From Macrostomum lignano (lineage: Eukaryota): a DNA stretch of 64,000 nucleotides. Positions within the stretch are counted from its first letter, which is position 1. Every line of letters begins with the position of its first letter. The translations under genes and the position numbers were made by a program. This document shows positions 1 through 13,400 of this stretch, one piece after another. The notes beneath the pieces were generated by a model that ran no database searches, had not been told where the DNA came from, and was given only the letters and a program-made list of their open reading frames with translations. The stretch covers positions 248,001 to 312,000 of the forward strand of contig NIVC01000049.1 in the NCBI GenBank assembly GCA_002269645.1, read 5' to 3'.

Positions 1-1432
1 CTAACTAACATGTAGATATAAAGCACTCGCAATCAAACGGTTCTCACTTTCCGCCCTACCTTGAGAGCTCTAGTCAACAAACCTAAGAACCTTCACGCCT
101 CGTTTATTTTGTTTGCTCCTTACAAATTTCGTTGATATCCTATTTGGTGATATGATTGTTTACCAAGTATACGCTCGTACTTCCCGTCAAAACCCCAACA
201 ATGATTTTTACATATTAGAGGGGCTAATGGGGAGGGTATAATTGTGTAGTCGCACTTTATTTTGGAATAGATATTCCAATAATTGAGCTATCATTACAAT
301 CCTACTCAATCCTATTGAGTAGTCCTTTAATTACATATGATTCCAATTGTACCACTACCATGCACAATCAAAACTTCAAAGACCCGAACGTGGCCTTGAA
401 ATAATTAAAATTAAAAACAGTAATGCGCCTTTATTAACAGAAACATTTTTATCGACAGTTTTGCAATAAAGGTATGTAATTGCACTTGAAAAGCACTCTC
501 TTTTATAAATCAAGTTGATATTAAAAAGCCTAAAGTTAGATATTGAAAAATAGACGATTTTTGTTAAATCAAAAAGTATTTAGTTGAAAAAATCTGCTAG
601 AAGAGATTTTGGCGCAAATGGTGCGCCAAATATTTTTATTCTCAGTTTAAGTCTGTAGTTTCCTCTGATAATTAATTGAATTCATTTTACAGTACGAATT
701 GTTGGTTCCGTTAAAATGATGAGAAGCTGTCGAAAAATAGCTAGGGCTTCAATAAAAAATAGATGCTGAAAATATATATGGGTAATTGTGTAAGAAAAGG
801 ACGAAGGACTATACTAACAATGTAGCTATTGAGTATCAAGCGCTCCTATTTTAGCATACTGTCTAGTCTGTCTATATGCCTATGGTATTGTCAAGGACCA
901 CTGTCAAGGACCAATCCTTGGGTATTGTGTTGCATGTCACATCCCCCCCCCCTCGCTTGCACATGGTGCAGGTGTTTATGGTATTTGTGTTGCATGTGAA
1001 TATCTCCCATATAATTTAAAAACCAAAAGTTTACAAAAATCGATTATTGTCATAAACGTGCGACATGAAAAGTAAGAAAATTGGTTGTGCAGATTAGCAA
1101 AAATCAGTTTAAACACAGGAAAAATCTACTCAACAAGCTAGAGAACGATCGACCAGCGGTGAATACGATTGTACAATATTATAACAAAACTGGTCATGTA
1201 AATGAAATAAATAGTATAGGTACACAGAAGAATAAATAGAGATAGAGCTTTATAACTGTGTTCCTTATATATAGGTTAGAAAAGGAAAAATACCATAAAA
1301 ACTGAGATTACAAACTTCTGTCCAAGAAGGTGTCCGTAAAAATGTTCTTTAATTTCCTTTTTTCCTCCGAGTCTCTCTATTCGGACGGTTTTATAAACTA
1401 TAGGAATTCCATCAAGTGACGTCATGGGTAAA

Positions 1433-4400
1433 TCAGAAGTAGGTCAGATCTCTGGTGTCGTGCCTGCCGAACTGTCTCAGACTGATGTCACCTTCGGGAT
1501 CGGCTGGTGGCTCTAAAAACATAAAGAGAAAAACATCTTAGTTTCAATTGACATTATTGAGAGCATTAGTTTTGATAGCAAACAACAGTTGTAGGCAGAT
1601 AGAAGTTGACAGACACTGCAATTTTGACAAAAATTATAGTAGATTTTTTAATTACTATACGAGCGCGTAAATTTTTGTATACGATCCCTACTTATAAACA
1701 GATCGACAAGTGAAAACGGTTTTATAGCACATCTATATTCAATAAAAAATAAATTTCTATTGATAATAATCTATTAATCAAAGAGTACAGAATGAAAGCT
1801 TTCGGTGATAAAAATAGGTCACTTATAAACTTTATGGGGGTCACTGTGGTCGAAGGCGCTGCAGGATCAAGGAGAGTCACTGGCGGGAAGGCACTGAAGG
1901 ATCAAGAGGGGTCACTGGCGGGAAGGCACTGCAGGATCAAGGAGAGTCACTGGCGGGAAGGCACTGAAGGATCAAGGAGAGTCACTGGCGGGAAGGCACT
2001 GAAGGATCAAGGAGAGTCACTGGCGGGAAGGCACTGAAGGATCAAGGAGAGTCACTGTGGTGGAAGGCACTGAAGGATCAAAGGGGGGTCACTGGAAGGA
2101 AGGCACTGCAGGATCAAAGGGGGGTCACTGGAAGGAAGGCACTGCGGGATCAAGGAGAGTCACTGGCGGGAAGGCACTGCAGGATCAAGGAGAGTCACTG
2201 GCGGGAAGGCACTGAAGGATCAAGGAGAGTCACTGGCGGGAAGGCACTGAAGGAGCAAGGAGAGTCACTGGCGGGAAGGCACTGCAGGATCAAGGAGAGT
2301 CACTTGCGGGAAGGCACTGAAGGATCAAGGAGAGTCACTGGCGGGAAGGCACTGCAGGATCAAAGGGGGGTCACTGGAAGGAAGGCACTGAAGGATCAAG
2401 GAGAGTCTGGTGGGAAGGCACTGCAGGATCAAGGAGAGTCACTGGCGGGAAGGCACTGCAGGATCAAGGAGAGTCACTGGCGGGAAGGCACTGCAGGATC
2501 AAGGAGAGTCACTGGCGGGAAGGCACTGAAGGATCAAGGAGAGTCACTGGCGGGAAGGCACTGAAGGATCAAGGAGTCACTGATTGCCAACAAAAATGAT
2601 AGCATTAGCTAGCTAAACATGAATCTGAAATGCACTGCCAGACCAGGTGATCCCAGATACTCTGGAATGGCATTGAGGCCTCCAGCTGACGGTGGCGGCT
2701 TTACAGGGTGCAGAATTCGTTCGCCTTTCTTGGAGCCTGTCAGTTAAAGTGCAGAGCAGCGCGCAGAGGGTTAGGGTAAAATAGTGTAAGCATCTATAAG
2801 CTTTTGTTATTAAACTAAATACATTGCTTTAAAATGCTTTAACAGCCTGGCTTAAAGTGCATGAGGGCCACATGCGGCCCGAAAGTCTTTTGAGCGTTCA
2901 TAATTGCAATCCGGCCTGCTCAAGGTTTGTCCCTTCTCAGCTCTCTTCTCTCTAATCGGTTCTCTCATCTTTTATCTCATATTTCATCTCCTCCTTCCTA
3001 TTCTCAGTGGTCTAGAAAAACTGTTAGAAAGCATGTAAGCTTAGGTAAACAATTTTAAAAGTTATTGTTATCGGCAATTATAAATCAGCAAAAAAGCTAA
3101 CCAAACGCATATAGTCCGTATACATGTAAAAGTGCATGCAGGTGTTTTGCTATCGAATCAGCTAATGCTCCCTATATTGATGGACGATTTTTATGGTTTG
3201 ACAGCGTGAAATTTTAAGGATTCAACATTCATTGGTTATAGCGCTGGGTTAGCGCAATAAAACACATAAAAGTACACAATGCAATTCTCACAATAAAGTA
3301 CATTCTATCAAGTAGTGCGAGTGTCTATGGGACTTTAGTATCAGATTAAACATGCCTTTTGAGGGAGTTATTTGTATAAATCACGAGGGCCTGAGGCCCG
3401 AGGGATTTATGAAAATAACTCCCGAAAAAGGCATGTGTAATCTCGTATAAACCATAGACATAAAGACTTTACGGGATATTATTGAATATTACCAAATAAA
3501 ATCCCGGAGAACGCAAATATTGTCACGGAAAGTCTTTATTTCTATGGATTATAGTATATTTGGGCCCTAAAGTATACAGCCAGACAAAAGTAAAGACTCG
3601 GCCTTAAAGTCCAGCCTAAAGCTAAAAGTACACCCAACCAAAAAGTACAACCGCAGCCTAAAAGTACAAAATCAACCTAAAAGTACTCACCGCCGCCCTC
3701 TTTTTTTCTCCGACGGCGTTTATCGCCGCGACGAGACGGCGAGGAGTTGTCGCCAAACGGCTGATAGCCGCGGTCTCCGTCAGACTCTTCACCGTCGTCC
3801 TCGGAGACGGAGCGCTGATCATCCACGGCGGCCGCGGCAGCAGGCTGTTCCTCGTCCTTCTGCTTCCTGCGACTCTCCCGTCGTTGACGTCGGTTACGTC
3901 GCGGCTGACTGTCCCCGGTGGCAGCGGCGGCGGCGGAGGCATCAACAGCCTCGTCCTCGACGATGACGTCATCGCCGCCGCGTCTGTTGCGCCGACGCTG
4001 ATGACGACGCTTCTCCTTGGCGTCGTTAAGCTGCGGATCGCTGCCCCGATGGCTTAGCTCGGCCATAGAAACTTTGTCCGGTGCGCTGCCGCTGGAGAGA
4101 TTGAAAAGATTTATTTTACAAAAAATCCGTTCCTCACTATGCTACTGACAATAAGTAGAAATGCAAAGAACATGCAGTTATAATAAGTCAGGAAATGGAA
4201 AAAAGTTCGGTAGGAAATAATGCAGAAAAACGGCGTCATTACCAAACTGAGACAGTTTCTAACGGTAATTTTCCAAACCCTATTTACTCGAATAAAAAGG
4301 ACTTTGAATCGCTATAAACACCATACTGAAAAAAATAAACTACAGGAAAGTAAAACGATAGGAATAACATCGCAAAATACATGGCTAGACAACATTTAAA

Positions 4401-7400
4401 ACAACGAAGACATTTTCCGCCAGCTTTCTGGCTCTGAGAGCACCCACTGTTTGCGCTGGGGCAGGCTGGCAACGCTGCAGCTGGAGTCTTCGCCATCCGA
4501 AATTGCGCTTGAGTGCAATGGTAAATCGATCAATGATTAGTTGTAAAATTTCCGGGTTTGTTGATAATTGTTATAGTACACTCAGAAATCAATTTTTTTA
4601 AAATACTCACTTAATATTGCCCGAACTCAGAATCTTGGGCACGCGGTATCGTTCACGCCTAATTTGCAGTTGCACCAGCGATGGAACATCCGGTATGACA
4701 GAGCTGATGAAGTACTTCAGCCCCAGAACCACATTCTGCGGGTTGGATTCAAGGGTTATTTGAGTCTGCAGTACGAGTTCAACTGGCTGGGAAAATAAGA
4801 TCAAGTATCAGGACAGCTAGATGGAGTTTCGTGGAGATTAGATGGACTCTCAGTGATATCATTAGACTAGATAGAATCTGAGGGAGATAAAATTGAATCT
4901 GAGGCAGATTAGATGGAATCTGAGAGAGATTAGATAGAGTCTGAGGTAGACTAGATCGAGTCAGAGGTAGATTAGATAGAGTCTGAGGTAGATTAAATAG
5001 AATCTGAGGGAGATTAGATGGAATCTGAGGTAGACTAGATCGAGTCAGAGGTAGATTAGATAGAATCTGAGGGAGATTAGATGGAATCTGAGGTAGATTA
5101 GATAGAATCTGAGGGAGATTAGATGGAATCTGAGGGAGATTAGATGGAATCTGAGGGAGATAAGATGGAATCTGAGGGAGATTAGATGGAATCTGAGGGA
5201 GATAAGATGGAATCTGAGGGAGATTAGATGGAATCTGAGGGAGATTAGATGGAATCTGGAGGGAGATCAGATGAAGTCTCAGTGAGAGTAAGTAGGTGAG
5301 ACTGGGGCAGTGAATTCGTCACAGAAAGTTACCTCAACCAGCAGCACAATGGCCAACTTGGAGGTCATATTGTTATACGTAGCCGCGAATTCGTCCCTTC
5401 GAATCCAGGAGGCTGTAAAAGCGATGAGGCAGGCGTTGCTAATCACCCCGGCAACGTTCATGAACTCCACAATGTCGTGCCAGATGCCGATATTCTGCGA
5501 GATCATCGCCACGGGTCGGCGGAAGTTCCACAGCATCCGGTGGGCGTCGGTGGAGATGTCGAACAGGTTGGTGAGCAAGGCGATTAGCGGGGCCAGTGGG
5601 AAGGAGGCCGCAAACAGCTGTTGAGTAGGTTGGGGTTGGGGTGGGTTTATATTGTCAGTTTTTAGCTACTGAAAGTAGCAGAAGTAGCGTTTTTTAAACG
5701 GGTTTATCTCATACCTCTTCCAACATCGGGATTTTCGTCGGGATCTCCCAATATTGGCAATCGGGATTTACATAGGGATTTCCCAATTTTTGGATTCAGG
5801 ATTTGTGTCGAGATCTCCCAATATTGAGATTTGGGATTTATGTCGGGATTTTCCAATATTGGTTTTGGGAATTTCCGTCAGGATCTCCCAATATTGAGTT
5901 TCAGGATTTATGTCGCGATCTCGCCATATTGGGATTCGGAATTTACGTCATGATCTTACGAATTTGGGATTCAGGAGTTACGTTGGGATCTTCCAATATT
6001 TTGGATTCGGTGCGGGACCCACCTAGAGCCTAGTTGAAACTGGTTGATGTTGCCAGTGCACAGCCTATACACTCCGCTATAGTAAGTCAAGCTCTAATTA
6101 TCCAAAAAAACCAACGCACCAGTAAGTAGCCGAACTGGATAATCTTCTCCATGTATTCCTCGATGGTGAAATTTCCTAGCGAAAATTTCTGATACTCGTT
6201 CACAATGTAGGCGTTAACGTCTGTGGGTCTGGACAAATTGGATTCTCCAGTGTCCACCTGACTGCGGCTGCAACGCTTCTTGAGCGAGCGGAAAAGGCGC
6301 ATCAGGTAACTGCAGGGTTTTGTGGGTGCATGCGGTACTAGTGCACTCGAGGACAACTCTTAAAGACATCTTTTTGAGACACCTCTTTGAGACACCTCTT
6401 GAAGACACCTCTTGAAGACACCCTTTTGAGACCCCTCTTTGAGACACCTCTTTGAGACACTTCTTAAAGACACTTCTTGAAGAGACTTCTTGAAGACACC
6501 TCTAAAAGACACCTCTTGAAAACACCTCTTTGAGACACCTCTTGAAGACACCTCCTTGAGACACCTCTTGAAAACACCTCTTGAAAACACATCTTTGTGA
6601 CACCTCTTTGAGACACCTCTTGAAGACACCTCTTGAAAACACCTCATTAAAATACCTCTTGAAGACACAACCTAAATACACCTCTTGAAGACACAACCTA
6701 AATACACCTCTTAAAGACACCCCCTGAAGACACTACCTAAAGAAACCTGAAGACATCTCTTGAAGAAACCCAAGGACTACTTAACAACTTGTTACTACTT
6801 AAGCTGTTAAGTAGTCCTTGAAGACACCCCCTGAAGACAACACCTAAAGACATATCTTGCAGAATGCCTTGAGAAATGAAAGAATTGAGACACCTCATAA
6901 AAATGATCTCAGACATCAGATGAATCAAACGGTTTCAAAACAACTCACGGCATGACGTGATCCATCAGTAATTTTGGCATCGGCTTGGCAATCATCAGGA
7001 TGAGCACCTGCAGTGACAGCATTGACATGCAGTTTCCATCGGTGCCGCAGGTGTCCACAAATTCTTTTCCAAGACCAAAAATTCCATTTGGCGGCATGAA
7101 AAGGTTGTCCTAAAATTCGGGCAGCGTATATAGTCATACTCGAGAATTCCATAAATTTTCAAAATGTTTCTCAAGTTTGACCCGATATTTAACTCACCCC
7201 GCGAAAGAAAGCGATGTAGAACAGCGAACTATAGGAGTTAGCGAATTGGAAAGCAAACAGTTTCAGAATCAGAGCGTTGTCGTATTCGGTTTGAGTTCGA
7301 TGGTTTTCTGAAATGCAAGGATTAGTTGGAGAAACCGTTTTGAGCTTTTTTAGATGAGAGGTGCAGTGACGCCAAGAGGGAAGTTGTAGTGACGCCAAGA

Positions 7401-10400
7401 GGGAAGTTGTAGTGACGCCAAGAGGGAAGTTGTAGTGACGCCAAGAGGGAAGTTGTAGTGACGCCAAGAGGGAAGTTGTAGTGACGCCAAGAGGGAAGTT
7501 GCAGTGACGCCAAGAGGGAAGTTGTAGTGACGCCAAGAGGGAAGTTGCAGTGACGCCAAGAGGGAAGTTGCAGTGACGCCAAGAGGGAAGTTGTAGTGAC
7601 GCCAAGAGGGAAGTTGCAGTGACGCCAAGAGGGAAGTTGTAGTGACGCTAGGGTGGGAGTGTAGTGACGCCAAGAGGGAAGTTGTAGTGACGCTAAGGTG
7701 GGAGTGCAGTGACGCTAAGGTGGGAGTGCAGTGACGCTAAGGTGAGAGTGCAGTGACGCTAAGGTGGGAGTGCAGTGACGCTAAGATGGGAGTGTAATGA
7801 CGCTAAGGTGGGAGTGTCGTGACGCTAAGGTGGGAGTGCAGTGACGCTAAGGTGGGAGTGTAGTGACGCTAAGATGGGAGTGCAGTGACGCTAAGATGGG
7901 AGTGTAATGACGCTAAGATGGGAGTGCAGTGACGCTAAGATGGGAGTGCAGTGACACTAAGGTGGGAGTGCAGTGACACTAAGGTGGGAGTACAGTGACG
8001 CTAAGGTGGGAGTGTAGTGACGCTAAGGTGAGAGTGCAGTGACACTAAGATGGGAGTGTAGTGACGCCAAGAGAGAAGTTGTAGTGACGCTAAGGTGGGA
8101 GTGTGGTGACGCTAAGGTGGGAGTGCAGTGACGCTAAGGTGGGAGTGTAGTGACACTAAGGTGGGAGTGCAGTGACGCTAAGATGGGAGTGCAGTGACGC
8201 TAAGATGGGAGTGCAGTGACGCTAAGATGGGAGTGTAATGACGCTAAGATGGGAGTGCAGTGACGCTAAGATGGGAGTGCAGTGACACTAAGGTGGGAGT
8301 GCAGTGACACTAAGGTGGGAGTGCAGTGACGCTAAGGTGGGAGTGCAGTGACGCTAAGATGGGAGTGTAATGACGCTAAGATGGGAGTGCAGTGACGCTA
8401 AGATGGGAGTGCAGTGACACTAAGGTGGGAGTGCAGTGACACTAAGGTGGGAGTGCAGTGACGCTAAGGTGGGAGTGTAGTGACGCTAAGGTGGGAGTGC
8501 AGTGACACTAAGATGGGAGTGTAGTGACGCCAAGAGAGAAGTTGTAGTGACGCTAAGGTGGGAGTGTGGTGACGCTAAGGTGGGAGTGCAGTGGCGCTAA
8601 GGTGGGAGTGCAGTGACACTAAGGTGGGAGTGCAGTGACGCTAAGGTGGGAGTGTAGTGACGCTAAGGTGGGAGTGCAGTGACACTAAGATGGGAGTGTA
8701 GTGACGCCAAGAGAGAAGTTGTAGTGACGCTAAGGTGGGAGTGTGGTGACGCTAAGGTGGGAGTGCAGTGGCGCTAAGGTGGGAGTGCAGTGACACTAAG
8801 GTGGGAATGTAGTGACACTTAAGGTGGGAATGTAGTGACGCTAAGATGGGAGTGTTAATGACGCTAAGGTGGGAGTGCAGTGATGCTAGGAGTGTAATGA
8901 TGCAGTGACAACCGTGAATCTAATTGCAAACTCACCCCAGTTAGTCAGAGTGTAGGCAATCCTATCGTAAACCTGGAAATTATCGCGAAGAAAGCATTTA
9001 ATTGACAAGAAACATTCGAGCAGTATGCACAAAAAATGATTTTGTACAGCTCAAGTTCGACTAGACTGCTCACCTTGCCAATAACGATGATAAAAATTGC
9101 ATTCAAAAGCGAACTGATCACGGCGTTGAGGATCAGACAGTTGGTGCTGCTGACCGTTGGGCAAACTCGAATGGTAACGAAGATTCTGTAGACAATCACG
9201 GCGGCCACTCCGATGAACACTATAAGGATCTGGGGGATTAGGACAATGGAAGCTAGTAGCATTTGGTGCTTTTTGGCAGAGAATTTGCACCAGAAATTCA
9301 TTGCGGATCGGAGAGGGTGGCATGACGATGGCCCAGCAACTGAGGAGCTGGGAGTCTGTAGCCCAGCAACTGAGGATCTGGGAGTCTGTAGCCCAGCAAC
9401 TGAGGATCTGGGAGTCTGTAGCCCAGCAACTGAGGATCTGGGAGTCTGTAGCCCAGCAACTGAGGATCTGGGAGTCTGTAGCCCAGCAACTGAGGATCTG
9501 GGAGTCTGTAGCCCAGCAACTGAGGATCTGGGAGTCTGTAGCCCAGCAACTGAGGATCTGGGAGTCTGTAGCCCAGCAACTGAGGATCTGGGAGTCTGTA
9601 GCCCAGCAACTGAGGATCTGGGAGTCTATAGCCCAGCAACTGAGGATCTGGGAGGCTAGCCAGCCACTGAGGATCTGGGAGGCTGGCCCAGCAACAGAGG
9701 ATCTGGAAGACTGGCTCAGCAACTGGGGATCTGAGAGGCTGGCCCAGCAACTGAGGATCTGAGAGGCTGGCCCAACAACTGAGGATCTGAGAGGCTGGCC
9801 CAGCAACAGAGGATCTGGGAGACTGGCCCAGCAACAGAGGATCTGGGAGACTGGCCCAGCAACTGAGGATCTGAGAGGCTGGCCCAGCCACTGATGATCT
9901 GAGAGGCTGGCCCAGCCACTGAGGATCTGGGAGGCTGGCTAAGCAACTGAGGATGTGGGAGTAGAAGTGAAGCAGGAAAACGCAGTAAACTTCAAGTCAT
10001 ATTTGCGCATAAATAGTACCATCGCTAGCAGAATGATGAATGACGTAGCAAACTTCATTGCCTGGTGACTACCCGGATAGTAAGAGTCCATTTTGCCAGT
10101 GATTGGATCCTGAAATAAGAGGAATAAACGAAAATATACAGTAACCACAGTCAGAATTAATTACTGCTTGATATTATAGAAAATAGTTTTTAAAAATCCT
10201 GTTCGTGCCCAATGACGCTGATCTCTTCAAAAATCAACTGACAGCATACTATGTTGTTGTTCGGAATCGTTAAGAGGTGTGCTGGATTTTGATATTTAGG
10301 TTTATTCGCTGCTTTATGCTTGTAGATTTACTCGCTCAGCGAGGGACAAGATTTTTTTAATGAATGTACATTCAATGCCACGATAGATAGTCGCCTATCC

Positions 10401-13400
10401 GTTCAGCGGGGGACGAGATTTTTTTATGAATGTACATTCAATGCCACGATAGATAGTCGCCTATCCGTTCAGCGGGGGACGAGATTTTTTTATGAATGTA
10501 CATTAAATGCCACGATAGATAGTCGCCTATCCGTTCAGCGGGGGACGAGATTTTTTTAATGAATGTACATTAAATGCCACGATAGATAGTCGCCTATCCT
10601 TTCAGCGGGGGACGAGATTTTTTAATGAATGTACATTAAATGCCACGATAGATAGTCGCCTATCCGTTCAGCGGGGGACGAGATTTTTTTAATGAATGTA
10701 CGAGGTACGAAAACTCTTGAATAAGTCATACCAATCGTTCTCTAGTGCCAATAAATCCAGGTCTGTCCGGCTCCGAGTGTTCATAATTGTTGACGTCCCA
10801 TTCGTAGGCCAGGGTTGACCGGTATCGCTTCCACAGTTCAGTGTGAATGGTGCCCCATAAGCAGATAATTATAGCGAATATTGGCGTCAGTAGATTATCG
10901 AAGGCCTCTTTTATGGTTGCTAACATGTCGTCAACCAGCCCCATTACCCTACAAGGATATTATTAGCAAATAAGTTATTAGATAAATTGTTTTTTGCAAG
11001 TTTTAAAACTGTGTCTTACTTTTCAATGTCAGTCTGAACCGTCGTTGTTACGTTAGGAGCCAAAGTTGTAGTAGCGGATGTTGTTGTTGACTGCCTTTGA
11101 ATGCTGTAGAAAGGGTTTTTTAGGGCACTAAATTTCTGAAAACTTTTCATATCGTCCCTATTCTTTCTAACAGGCACGGTTCTGTCTAACAGGATTCGAT
11201 TCTGTCTAACAGGATTCGATTCTATCTAACAGGATTCGATTCTGTCTAACAGGATTCGATTCTGTCTAACAGGATTCGATTCTGTCTGACAGGATTCGAT
11301 TCTGTCTAACGGGATTCGATTCTGTCTAACAGGATTCGATTCTGTCTAACATGATTCGATTCTTTCTAACAGGATTTGATTCTGTCTAACAGGATTCGAT
11401 TCTGTCTAACAGGATTCGATTCTGTCTAACAGGATTCGATTCTGTCTAACAGGATTCGATTCTATCTAACAGGATTCGATTCTGTCTAACAGGATTCGAT
11501 TCTGTCTAACATGATTCGATTCTGTCTAACAGGATTCGATTCTGTCTAACAGGATTCGATTCTGTCTAACAGGATTCGATTCTGTCTAACAGGATTCGAT
11601 TCTGTCTAACAGGATTCGATTCTGTCTAACAGGATTCGATTCTGTCTAACAGGATTCGATTCTGTCTAACAGGATTCGATTCTGTCTAACAGGATTCGAT
11701 TCTGTCTAACAGGATTCGATTCTGTCTAACAGGATTCGATTCTGTCTAACAGGATTCGATTCTGTCTAACAGGATTCGATTCTGTCTAACATGATTCGAT
11801 TCTTTCTAACAGAATTCGATTAAATCTAACAAGATTCGATTCTGTCTAACAGCTAATGTATCTTACTAGAACCAAATAATGTTTAACATTATTGTGTGAT
11901 ATGTGGCACTACTCAGACATGGCATTCCGTAATACCTATAAGTTTAAAAAACAAAAATTTAAATGTAAAATTTTAGTGCTACCCCAGAACGTTTGAAATT
12001 CTGAAAGTGAGTTTTCAAAACTCATGCCATGCAGGTAAAATTATTCATTGACAAGGTGTTCACTTATTTGAAAAATAATATATAACAGAAACAGAAAGCC
12101 ACCATTTATCCAGAAGCAGACGGGTGCAACAACAATTTAAGAAAATGAATTCCATTTAACAGGTTTTTCTTTCAAAGAAAAATCTACCTTCAGGGTTTAT
12201 TAGCAGTAGTATAGTAAGAAGAAAATGGTTTATTCGGGTTTTAAATGAGAGAGAATCCAACAAAACAACAATTGAAGGGCAGGCAGTTTCACTTACAGTC
12301 TGAGCTGAGCGCTGCAACAAAGGAGATTATCGAACTTATTGAATAAAGTTGCTCATGTCAATGCAGCGGTGCTGACTAACGGGTTTAAATCTGGGAATCG
12401 GGGGCACCAAATCTGGGAATCGGGGGGGGGGGGGGCAAATCTGGGAATCAGGGGTGCCAAATCTGGGAATCAGGGGTGCCAAATCTGGGAATCGGGGGCG
12501 CCAAATCTGGGAATCAGGGGTGCCAAATCTGGGAATCGGGGGTGCCAAATCTGGGAATCAGGGGACGCCAAATCTGGGAATCAGGGGACGCCAAATCTGG
12601 GAATCAGGGGTGCCAAATCTGGGAATCGGGGGCGCCAAATCTGGGAATCGGGGGCGCCAAATCTGGGAATCGAAGGGGGGGCGCCAAATTTGGGAATCAG
12701 GGGGGGGCGCCAAATTTGGGAATCGGGGGCGCCAAATCTGGGAATCGGGGGCGCCAAATCTGGGAATCGGGGGCGCCAAATCTGGGAATCGGGGGGGGGG
12801 GCGCCAAATCTAGGATTCGGCGGGGGGAGCGCAAAATCTGGAATCAGGGGGGGGGGGCGCCAAATCTGGGAATCGGGGGGGGAGCGCAAAATCTGGAATC
12901 AGGGGGGCGCCAAATCTGGGAATCGGGGGGGGGGGTGCCAAATCTGGGAATCGGGGGCGCCAAATCTGGGAATCAGGGGTGCCAAATCTGAGAATCGGGG
13001 GTGCCAAATCTGGGAATCAGGGGACGCCAAATCTGGGAATCAGGGGACGCCAAATCTGGGAATCAGGGGTGCCAAATCTGGGAATCGGGGGCGCCAAATC
13101 TGGGAATCGGGGCGCCAAATCTGGGAATCGAAGGGGGGGCGCCAAATCTGGGAATCAGGGGGGGCGCCAAATTTGGGAATCGGGGGCGCCAAATCTGGGA
13201 ATCGGGGGCGCCAAATCTGGGAATCGGGGGCGCCAAATCTGGGAATCGGGGGGGGGGCGCCAAATCTAGGATTCGGCGGGGGGAGCGCAAAATCTGGAAT
13301 CAGGGGGGGGCGCCAAATCTGGGAATCGGGGGGGGGGAGCGCAAAATCTGGAATCAGGGGGGGCGCCAAATCTGGGAATCGGGGGGGGGGCGCCAAATCT

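Noticed and set aside
2766-2780. Telomeric-like GGGTTAGGG
   Set aside because: Only about 1.5 units, as expected by chance.
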